From NCBI GenBank assembly GCA_965644315.1, contig CBFFRQ010000210.1, forward strand, positions 1 to 48,119: 48,119 nt of DNA. Reading direction: 5' to 3'. The DNA is from Caecitellus pseudoparvulus (lineage: Eukaryota; Protista; Bigyra: Bicosoecida). Positions 1 to 9,600 of the stretch are shown here, piece after piece (position 1 is the stretch's first letter; each line of letters opens with the position of its first letter). The notes beneath the pieces are model-generated. The model was not told the origin of the DNA. It saw only the letters and a list, made by a program, of their open reading frames with translations, and did not search any database. The position numbers were made by a program, and so were the translations under genes.

Positions 1-2
1 CA

Positions 3-3000
3 GCATGTTGTGTCGTTGAGATTGATACTCTTGTAAGCTGCAGAGCGTGTCGGGGAACAAGCCTGGTCATTACACAAAGCAGCTTGACAAGCATTAGGTC
101 TGGTGCATTTGATGGCCTCTATAGCCTCACACGCCTGGACCTGCGCGAGAACTCTCGCCTGGCCAGCCTTCCATCTGGCGTATTTGCCAGCCTCACCAAC
201 CTCACACACTTGGACTTGGGCAACACGTATGCCCTCACAAGCCTGTCGATAGGCGTGTTTGACGGCCTCACCAGCCTCAAACACTTGGATTTGGACGCAA
301 ACGATGCCCTGACCAGCCTGCCTGCGGGCGTGTTTGACAGCCTCACCAACCTCGCGAACCTGGACCTGAGCAGGAACTATGCCCTGACCAGTCTTCCATC
401 TGGCGTATTTGCCAGCCTCCCCAGCCTTACAAACCTGGAACTGAGCCACAACACAGCCCTGAGCAGCCTTCCTGGAGGCGTATTTGACGGCCTCATTAAC
501 CTTACGCACCTGCACCTGAGAGGCAATGATGACTTGATTAGCCTGCCTGTGGGCGTGTTTGACAGCCTCAGCAAGCTCACATACCTGGACCTGAGTGGCA
601 ACGATGCCCTGACCAGCCTGCCTGTGGGCGTGTTTGACAACCTCACCAGCCTCAGTACACTGGTCCTGGGTATGAAAGGCCTGACAAGCCTTCCTGAAGG
701 CGTCTTCCATGGCCTAAGTAGCCTCACAAGCCTGGACTTGCGCAGCTGCGATGCTTTGACCAGCCTGCCTGCCGGTATGTTTGAGAACCTCACAAGTCTT
801 GAGCTGAGTGAGCACACCTTGTCAAGCCTGCCAACAGGTTTCTTTGGCAGACTCATGGGCCTTGAGTATCTGGGGGTTCGTTTTATTGAACAAAGTACGC
901 TGCAGCTGGGCGTATTTGCCGGCCTTGGTGGCCTCTCGACCTTGAACTTAGCAGGGTTTTACTCTGGGTCGAAAGGACTGACCAGCCTGCCTGTGGGTGT
1001 GTTTGACGACCTCGCCAACCTCACTGTCTTGGACCTGGGCCACAACCAACTAGCCAGCCTGCCTATGGGTATGTTTGACCGCCTGACCAACCTCACTGTC
1101 TTGGACCTGGGCCACAATCAACTAGCCAGCCTGCCTATGGGTGTGTTTGACCGCCTGACCAACCTTACTGTGTTGGACCTGGGCCACAACAAACTGGCAA
1201 GCCTGCCTGTGGGTGTGTTTGACCGCCTCTCAAGCCTCACGAGCCTGCACCTCGGCAGCAACCAACTGGCAAGCCTGCCTGTGGGCGTGTTTGACCGCCT
1301 CACAAGCCTTACACGTCTGCATCTAAGTTACAACAAGTTGGTCAGACTAAATGTGGGTGTGTTTGACAGCCTAACCAGCCTAACCTACGTGGACTTAGGC
1401 GACAATCCGCAACTCTCATACTTGCCTGTGGGCGTGTTTGACAGACTTACCAGCCTCACATACATGGACCTGAGTTCCAACAACCTGGCCAGTCTTCCTG
1501 TGGGTGTATTTGACCGCCTTACTATCCTCACAGACCTGTACCTGAGCGACAACGATGAGCTGACAAGCCTGCCTGTGGGTGTATTTGACTCACTGACGAG
1601 CCTTAAAGTTCTGTTCCTTCGAAACAATTTTCGCCTGACCAGCCTGCCAGTGGGCGTCTTTGACAGACTCACAGGGCTCACAGAACTGTACCTGAGTTTT
1701 ACCCGTCTCACAAGCCTTCCCTTGGGCGTGTTTGACAGCCTCACAAGCCTCAAAATATTGTACATGAGTGAAAACGACCTGACCAGCCTACCACGGGGTG
1801 TGTTTGACATGCTCACCAGCCTGACAAACCTTGGCTTGGGATCGAATTATCTCCTAGCCAGTCTGCCATCCGGTGTATTTGACAGGCTCACCAGCCTCAA
1901 GATCCTTGACTTGAGTGACAACCGTGCTTTGACTACCCTGCCGCCAGGAGCCTTTGACCACCTCACAAGCCTGACAACGTTGCGACTGCAAGGAAACAGT
2001 TTTACTCCCAATGGACTGACAACCCTGCCGCCTGGCGTGTTTGACAGCCTTACCAGCCTCACATGGCTTGACTTGAGCTGGATTCGTGACCTGACCAGCC
2101 TGCCGACGGGCGCGTTTGACAGCCTCACCAGCCTGACGACCTTGAACGTGTACGGATCTGCATTTTCAAGCCATTGCCCCCCACCGTCTCCGTCATCCAT
2201 CAACTGCTCCATGCAAGATGTCCCCATTCCATCCAACCCTCGCTTCTGCATGTGCTACGGCTGCCCCACAACTCAACCACTCTCTACCTTGTCGCTCAGG
2301 TGTGCTGAGCCAGCCAGCTGCTCGGCCACATCAGGCGACGACACAATCATTGTGCGGGAGGGTGTAACTGTAGATTGTTCAGGGATCAACTCCTGCACTA
2401 GCACCAGTATGTTCTGCATTCGCACATCAACCCCAAGTCTCTGCAGTTTGTCGTGCACTGGACTGGGCTCTTGTGCAGGAAGTACGCTGTATGGTGAGTG
2501 GAACTGTGCCGGCAACGGCTGCCCAACTGCAGTGGATGTGGTGTGCTTGCCAGGCCAACGGCTGCCTCTGGCTTCATCATTGCCAGGGCCTACACCTTCC
2601 CTGCTGGCATCTCCAAGCCCGAGCCCGTCTCCTTGCATTCCAAGCAAAGCGATGCCTTGTACTTCTGCTACTTCATCCCCAAAACCTCAGCCATCCCCAC
2701 CCCGTTCAGCATGGGCCCTTGCTCCCTCCTCACACAACTCCTCATCCCATCTTCGCATTGCCCCTCCCTTCTCTGCACAGCTCGCATGTGCTGAACACTG
2801 CTCTTCCCCACAAGCCCTCATCCTACCCTGCCCTCGACCAGGCTCATGCCTTCCCCACTCCGACGTGCGCCTCCTCACAGCCTGTCAGCCTGGACACCGC
2901 GGCCTCGCATGCCAAGCCTGTGCCGACGGCTGGGCTGCTACCTCCCCCTGCACCACATGCCGCCAGTGTCCCTACGATGGCCTGGCGCCAGGTGTCGTCA

Positions 3001-5108
3001 AGGTGGGCGCCACAGCCGCTCAGATAGCGCTGGGACTGGCCGTGTCCCTCTTCGCGGTGCACGGCTATGCACGTGCTCCAGACCGTGTCGCAACGACCCT
3101 GTTCAGTGGCGGCCTGCGCCTGGCCATGTGGTACATCGGCATGGCGGGGCAGGTGGCGCTGCTGGCTGCCGACACGCCAGGCACACTGCAGGCGACAGCC
3201 CACACCCTGGGCCACTGGGCCGACGTCTGTGGCATGGCCCAGCCCTGGCGAGCTGGCCAAGAGCAGACTCTGCCGCCCAACGGCACCATGTACGCACGCC
3301 AGCCTGAGCCAGCCCAAGGCGTGGATGTCCTGGGCATCCTGGGCGCACTCACAGGGCGGGCTGGCATTGCGACAATGCCGAGTGCGGGGTGTCTCACAGG
3401 CGGAGGCGACAGCCGCAGCCCGCATGACATGGCCAACATCATCATGGCCGTGTACGGCGCCGTGCTGCTGTGTGCCAGTGCCTCTGTGCTGTGGTGCGCT
3501 CGCCCTGCTCCTGGCAAGACCTGGGCCATCATCATGCTGCTCCTGGCGCCAGCGGCGTACATGCAGGTGGTGCCCAGTGTCATCCAGGGCCAGGCCCGCA
3601 TCGTGGGGCTGCAGCCAGTGTGGCGCGGCATGTCCAGTCCGGATGATGTCGCTGGGCATGCGGCTGACGTGGGCGGCTACGCTGCCTCCCTGACGCTGCA
3701 GTGCTTGGCTGCCACGGTGGGTGTGCTGAGTGTGCTGGCGTGGCGGCAGTGGCGGAGGTCGGAACACTTGCTGCCCCGGGGGGCGTCCATCGCTGCCTAC
3801 TGCACGATGGGGTACCGCATGCAGTACACACCACAGCAAGCAGTCCGCCTCGCTGACGCAACAGGTGCAGACAAGGCACTCAAAGCATCGGCTATCGCAG
3901 CAGCACGAGCCAGCGAGCGTGCCTGCTGCGGTGCCGGGCGCCTCCTGCCCACACACGCCTTCCCTGCCCTGCAGATGGCCCTTGTCGTCCTGGTGGCGGT
4001 CATGGGCAGCATGACGACATCCGTCGTGGCCCGCCTCGTGTGTGTGGGTGTGGGTGTGGCGGGCAGCATGGCCCTCGTGCAGCACCGTCGGCCGTGGGCG
4101 CTGGCTGAGCTGAGCGACCTGGACGTCCTGGCCCATGGCGGCATCCTCGTGCAGGTGGTGTGTGTGGGTGTGGGCACAGTAGGCGGTGGACTGGCCACTG
4201 CCGCACCCATCATCTCCGGCGTCGGGCATGTGCTTGTGCTGCTGTGGCTGGCCATGGCTGTCGCTCGAGGGTACAGTGGCCGGGTGCGAGCACTGCTGGC
4301 ACGTATGGGTCGGCGCCTGCGAGCACTGCTGCCTGAGCTGGGGCCAGCCAGTGCAAGAAGTGGTAGCAGTGGTCAGCTGGGCGATGTGGCTGACAGCCAA
4401 GTGCCGGGTGTGGGCAGCATTGTGTGGGCGTTGGTGCAGCGGTGTGTGCGGCGAGGTGAGGTGCGGCCGGCAGCGCCTCGTCCAGCGTCGGATGTGTTGA
4501 GTGTGCTGGGCATGGTGCATGAGCAGGGACTGTCCGTGGAGACTGGCATGGCGGATGTGGTGGGTGACTCGGGGTCGACTCTGGTGGCCATGCCGTCTGG
4601 AAGCGGTGTCAAACAACCCGCCTCTGGGAGTGACCTGGCAGGCCAGGCTGAGGCCTCAAGAAATCCGCTTGAAGGGTTCAGCACTGGAGCCCCCAGCCAC
4701 ACAGTGCACGGAGCCAATCCGATGCTGCAGGCGACTGGACGTGGCCGGCAACCCCTGCGCGTCGCGAGGCCATCTCTTGGCTCTGCGCCTCCGAACCGTG
4801 CACGTGACTTGCCAACTGTCCAACCTCAAGAGGATCGCGGGCCGAGTAGTGTGCGACAGAACCTGCCTGCAGAGCTCTCGGGGCCCGGTGCAGCCCAGCG
4901 ACGCCCAAGTGCAGCGCAGGCGCTGCTGTCTCAAGAGCTTAGTCCCGGACAGGGTGTGGGAGAGCAATCCGAGCACGGCGCGCCGGCAACTGCTGGCCAG
5001 GCGGGGCGGCGCATGTCAGGTGTTCGCAACGTGGACGGCCGTGGCCGCCTGTCGTTCTCAGGGGCCGCCCGCAGGCGGAGCTCGGTGCATGAGGTTCCGA
5101 AGCCATGA
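3..5108 (+). CDS. LRR-ectodomain multi-pass membrane receptor-like protein, copy 1 (5'-truncated by window)
   Basis: Frame is open from base 3 (ACCVVEIDTLVSCRACRGTSL, matching the N-cap ACCEVEGSTLVSCNACGGTSL of copy 2). About 28 LRRs (LTSLPVGVFDxLTSLTxLDLS), Cys-rich cap, Pro/Ser stalk, CQPGHRGLACQACADGW module, about 9 hydrophobic segments, cytoplasmic tail, TGA at 5108. Confidence 0.9.
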   Translation, partial: ACCVVEIDTLVSCRACRGTSLVITQSSLTSIRSGAFDGLYSLTRLDLRENSRLASLPSGVFASLTNLTHLDLGNTYALTSLSIGVFDGLTSLKHLDLDANDALTSLPAGVFDSLTNLANLDLSRNYALTSLPSGVFASLPSLTNLELSHNTALSSLPGGVFDGLINLTHLHLRGNDDLISLPVGVFDSLSKLTYLDLSGNDALTSLPVGVFDNLTSLSTLVLGMKGLTSLPEGVFHGLSSLTSLDLRSCDALTSLPAGMFENLTSLELSEHTLSSLPTGFFGRLMGLEYLGVRFIEQSTLQLGVFAGLGGLSTLNLAGFYSGSKGLTSLPVGVFDDLANLTVLDLGHNQLASLPMGMFDRLTNLTVLDLGHNQLASLPMGVFDRLTNLTVLDLGHNKLASLPVGVFDRLSSLTSLHLGSNQLASLPVGVFDRLTSLTRLHLSYNKLVRLNVGVFDSLTSLTYVDLGDNPQLSYLPVGVFDRLTSLTYMDLSSNNLASLPVGVFDRLTILTDLYLSDNDELTSLPVGVFDSLTSLKVLFLRNNFRLTSLPVGVFDRLTGLTELYLSFTRLTSLPLGVFDSLTSLKILYMSENDLTSLPRGVFDMLTSLTNLGLGSNYLLASLPSGVFDRLTSLKILDLSDNRALTTLPPGAFDHLTSLTTLRLQGNSFTPNGLTTLPPGVFDSLTSLTWLDLSWIRDLTSLPTGAFDSLTSLTTLNVYGSAFSSHCPPPSPSSINCSMQDVPIPSNPRFCMCYGCPTTQPLSTLSLRCAEPASCSATSGDDTIIVREGVTVDCSGINSCTSTSMFCIRTSTPSLCSLSCTGLGSCAGSTLYGEWNCAGNGCPTAVDVVCLPGQRLPLASSLPGPTPSLLASPSPSPSPCIPSKAMPCTSATSSPKPQPSPPRSAWALAPSSHNSSSHLRIAPPFSAQLACAEHCSSPQALILPCPRPGSCLPHSDVRLLTACQPGHRGLACQACADGWAATSPCTTCRQCPYDGLAPGVVKVGATAAQIALGLAVSLFAVHGYARAPDRVATTLFSGGLRLAMWYIGMAGQVALLAADTPGTLQATAHTLGHWADVCGMAQPWRAGQEQTLPPNGTMYARQPEPAQGVDVLGILGALTGRAGIATMPSAGCLTGGGDSRSPHDMANIIMAVYGAVLLCASASVLWCARPAPGKTWAIIMLLLAPAAYMQVVPSVIQGQARIVGLQPVWRGMSSPDDVAGHAADVGGYAASLTLQCLAATVGVLSVLAWRQWRRSEHLLPRGASIAAYCTMGYRMQYTPQQAVRLADATGADKALKASAIAAARASERACCGAGRLLPTHAFPALQMALVVLVAVMGSMTTSVVARLVCVGVGVAGSMALVQHRRPWALAELSDLDVLAHGGILVQVVCVGVGTVGGGLATAAPIISGVGHVLVLLWLAMAVARGYSGRVRALLARMGRRLRALLPELGPASARSGSSGQLGDVADSQVPGVGSIVWALVQRCVRRGEVRPAAPRPASDVLSVLGMVHEQGLSVETGMADVVGDSGSTLVAMPSGSGVKQPASGSDLAGQAEASRNPLEGFSTGAPSHTVHGANPMLQATGRGRQPLRVARPSLGSAPPNRARDLPTVQPQEDRGPSSVRQNLPAELSGPGAAQRRPSAAQALLSQELSPGQGVGEQSEHGAPATAGQAGRRMSGVRNVDGRGRLSFSGAARRRSSVHEVPKP
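1017..1232 (+). repeat. Three near-identical 72-bp LRR-coding units
   Basis: aacctcactgtcttggacctgggccacaa... recurs at 1017, 1089 and 1161 (NLTVLDLGHNQ/KLASLPM/VGM/VFDRL). Confidence 0.9.
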
Positions 5109-6600
5109 AGGAACGCAGCGAAGTCGTACCTGATTTATAGGACAAGCTGCATTCAAAGTTAGAACTTCTGCATTTGCTGGAGGGTGTGTACTTGGCAAAG
5201 GCTGTGCATTTCTCTTTGCCATTTCTTGCGCCAAGCTGTTGCAGCTGCTTGCATAGATCACACCTACCTTGATAAGAAAGCCTCCGCCCCCCTACCATGT
5301 ACGGACTGCCCCCGCCTGCGCACTTCAAGGGCCCAGCTGTTGCTATCATCGAGGCCCAACATGCATGCTCTCTGTGTTGTGCATCCACTGGCAAGCCGCC
5401 TGCATTGAAGGCAAGCCAGGATGCAGACAGTGCGGTGCAAGCGAGCACCGAAATCAGGTTCCAACAAAACGAGTGGCCGAACTAACACACTCCATGAGCT
5501 CGAAGGGCTCGCCACAACCGGTGAGCCTCAGGGCATATTATGCTCGCACCGGACCTGGAGTTTGAACAGGACTGCTCGTGTGACTCACAGCCCAACGCAG
5601 CATTGCGGTCAAACCGCAGCACAACGCAAGCCATGAGCGTGCCGCGCCTCCAACATGGCATCATTAGATGGCAGAGCGAGCTACAAGTTCTATGAAGTGT
5701 TTGGAAGCCCCATGCTGTGTGGGCGCGCCGAACGGGATGCACGTCAACATGGCCAAGCTTGATCCAGGCTAAGGATGAATCCACACTGACTGCGCGAGCA
5801 CGCAGCACTGATCAAGGCCATCATCACTTGTAGCAGACCCCCATATACCTGTGGGGTGCACGAGGCAAGCAGGTACGACTTGCTGCCTTGACCTGGCAAG
5901 CTGGCGGTTGGGAGGAAGAAGAGTGGCAAGCGTTTCGCGCGAAACGCAAGCCCAAGTCTCATGCCTCAAGCTCTGAGCCATTCCCACGTAACAGACAAAA
6001 CACATACCCTTCACGCACTGCTTCAATTGAGAGTTGCCGAAGCTGACCTTGCTTGCTTGCTGCATTTCACATCACCAGGCTTGCAGTCAGGCAGGGGAGG
6101 TGTCAGCTTGCAACGGGCGGCACTCCCGCTTGACAGACAGACACACCAGGCCTCTGTCACGCAGCCTTCAAGCTCGAAACCGGATTCAAGGAAGCAATCG
6201 TAGGAAACGATTGAAGCAGACCGACGATTTCTTGTGCTGCTGCGCCCTGTCGTCCTTGGGTGGGCGTGAAACACCGCGCTTCGCTCAGGCGCAAGTACAG
6301 CCTGCAGAGCTCGCGCGCACACACCAGCCCAGAACGCAGGACCTCTGCACTGTGACGGGCATGGCGAATCCGCGCAAGTGTGTGGAAACTTGCCCAGGTC
6401 TTGTGGGGTGCCTGCGTACCACCTGCAGCTGGAGGCAGGGGAATCGGTCGAGTACGGATGAAGGCACCGCTCACAGACTTCCCTTGGGACATGGTACAAA
6501 GGCTCCGGCGTCGAGGAGTGTCAGGATCGGGTCAAGGGCTGGGTGGGGGGGGCTGCTCTGGTTGACTTGCGTGGTGAGCTTGTGGGCTGGAGTGATGGGG
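2700..6600 (+). repeat. Segmental tandem duplication: constant part of the repeat unit (TM/tail coding region + intergenic spacer + 5' leader), first instance
   Basis: About 2700-6600 aligns with about 9365-13260 at an offset of 6661-6665 nt; for example the stop codons at 5108 and 11769 are followed by the same aggaacgcagcgaagtcgtacctg sequence. Confidence 0.92.
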
Positions 6601-9600
6601 GGCGTGCCAGCATGTTGCGAGGTCGAGGGCAGCACTCTGGTGAGCTGCAATGCGTGTGGGGGGACAAGCCTGAACATATCACACAGCTACTTTTCAAGCA
6701 TCAATGCCAGTGCTTTCGATGACCTCGCCTCCTTGACAAGCCTGAGCCTGTACAAATGCTCTTTCTGGAACGGCCTGCCACTCGGCGTCTTTGACGCATT
6801 GTCCGGCCTGACATATTTGGACCTGCATGGTACTTATGTCCCAAGTAGCTTGCTATCGGATTGGTTTAGCAGCCTCCCAAATCTCATGTACTTAGACTTG
6901 AGCTATAGTGGCTTAAGAAGCCTGCCGGATGGTTTGTTTGACGGTCTTGCCTCACTCACGCACCTCACGATGAAAGGCGGGAGAACGTGGTCAAGAGGAG
7001 GGCTGACCAGCTTACAACCAGGCGTGTTCAGCAGCCTCAACAACCTCACACACCTGGACTTGAGTCACAACACTGGCCTGACTAGTTTGCCGATTGGCAT
7101 TTTCGACAACCTCACCAGCCTCGTAACACTGGACTTGGGCTACAACGAAGACTTGAACAACCTCCCAGCAGGCGTGTTTGACAGCCTCACGAGCCTCACA
7201 AGCTTGAACCTGACTCGTAGTACTGCCTTAACAAGCCTGCTGCCTGGCGTATTCGACAGCCTCATCAACCTCAGAACCCTACACTTGAGCTACAGCCCTG
7301 CTTTGGCCAGCTTGCCTTCAGACGTATTCGACAGCCTGGCCAGGCTCACACACTTAGCCATGGGAAGGAGCTACTACCTGACTAGCCTGCCGCCAGGCGT
7401 ATTTCAAAACCTCACCAGCCTCAGAAGCCTGGATCTGAGCAGCAACTACGCCCTGACCAGCCTGCCTGAGGGCGTGTTTGACAGCCTCACCAACCTCACA
7501 AGCTTGGACCTGAGCAACAACGCAGCCCTCTCAACTCTGTCCGAAGGTACATTTAGGAACCTCATCAGCCTCAAAACGCTTGACCTGAGCGAGGCCCGCA
7601 CCCTAGTCGCTCTGCCACCAGGCTTGTTTGATAACTTGACGAGCCTCACCAGCCTTTCGCTCCAGGGATATCGGTATTGGACATCGGGTGGGCTCACGAG
7701 TCTGGCACCTGGCGTGTTTAACCGTCTCGCCAGCCTCTCGAGCCTGGACTTGAGCAACAACCGCGACCTGACTAGCCTTCCTGTGGGTATCTTTGACCGC
7801 CTTACCAGCCTCACAACCCTGGACCTGAGCCACAACTATGCTCTGGCGAGCCTTCCTGAAGGTGTGTTTGACTCACTGACCAGCCTCACAACCCTGGACC
7901 TGAGCTACGACTCTCGCTTGACTAGCATTCCTTCGGGCGCTTTTTCTAGGCTTGCCAGTCTTACAAAGCTGGACCTGAGAAGCTGCTCGTTTCTGTCGAG
8001 CTTGCCAACAGGATCCTTTGACAGCCTCTCCAGCCTCACAACCCTGGATCTGAGCGACAACTCTGCCCTGGCAAGCCTGCCCCCAAACGTATTCGTTGGA
8101 CTTGTCAGCCTTACAACGTTGAAACTTCGCAACAATTTTAACCTTGAGACCCTGTCTTCGGGAATATTTGATGGCCTTTCAAGCCTCCTACATCTGGACT
8201 TGAGCAGAAGCAATGACTTGCTACGTCTTCCGCCTGATGTGTTCAGCAGTCTCACGAGCCTCACATCACTGGACTTGAGCTTCAGTAGAAACCTCTCCAG
8301 CCTGCCGCCAGGCATATTTGGGAACCTTTCCAGCCTCACAACCCTTGACTTGAGCAACAGCGATGCCCTGTCGAGTGTACCACCAGGAGTTTTTCGTGGC
8401 CTCACCAGCCTCACAACCTTAGACCTGAGCAAGAACCGTGCCCTATCCAACCTTTCATTTGGCGTTTTTAGCGGTCTCGCGAGTTTAAGTAGCCTATTTC
8501 TGAGTGGGCATGAGTACTGGACTCGAGGCGGACTGATGAGCTTGTCATCGGGAATATTTGACGGTCTTCTCAGCCTCACAACCCTTGACTTGAGCAACAA
8601 CCGATACCTGACGAGTTTACCGGGAGGTGCATTTTACGATCTCACCAGCCTTATAAGGCTTGATCTGAGCCGCACCTCTCAGTTAGCACGCGTACAACCG
8701 GGAATCTTTGACCGCCTGAGCAGCCTAAGGCAGCTGGGCCTCAGCACCATGTATGCCTTACAAAGCCTCCCTGTTGGCGTGTTTGACAGCCTCACCAGCC
8801 TAGCTCACCTTGATGTTTCTGGGTCAACTTTTGCCAGGTATTGCCCCCCACCATCCTCGTCAGCTATCAACTGCTCCATGCAGGATGGCCCGCTCCAGTA
8901 CAATCCCCGAATGTGCTTGTGCAGTGGCTGCCCCACAGCACCCCCACTTGCCAACACAACACTAAATTGTGACGAACCGAACAGCTGCTCAGTCGGCACG
9001 GGTGACGACTCTTTCATTCTTCAAGAGGGTGCCTCCGTGCACTGTTCGGGGAGTGACTCCTGCAGAAACGCCAGCATGTTCTGCATCCACCCCTCAACAC
9101 CAAGTCCTTGCAATGTTTCATGCACGGGGGAAGGCTCCTGTGTTGGTATCGGACTGTATGGTGTGTGGAACTGCACAGCGGGCGACTGTCCGCCTGCTAT
9201 CGATGTGGTGTGTGCTCCAAGCCAATTCTTGGAGAGCACGCCCACACCGAGCCCTTCCAACTCCCCCTCGCCATCCACATCTCCCAGCAGTTCTCCAATG
9301 ATGACGAGCTACAGCGGTGCTTCAAGTTCCCCCAGCCCCTCCCCTACTCCCCAGCCGTCTCCTCCCCGCTCGGCTTGGGCCCTTGCTCTCTCCTCACACA
9401 ACTCCTCATCCCACCTTCGCATTGCCCCTCCCTTCTCTGCACAGCTCGCATGTGCTGAACACTGCTCTTCCCCACAAGCCCTCATCCTACCCTGCCCTCG
9501 ACCAGGCTCATGCCTTCCCCACTCCGACGTGCGCCTCCTCACAGCCTGTCAGCCTGGACACCGCGGCCTCGCATGCCAAGCCTGTGCCGACGGCTGGGCT

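Noticed and set aside
6034-6360. 109-aa N-terminal extension of LRR copy 2 in the ORF track
   Set aside because: It starts at TTG, and the paralogous stretch before copy 3 (12720-12992) is frame-shifted and stops, so it is probably a noncoding leader.
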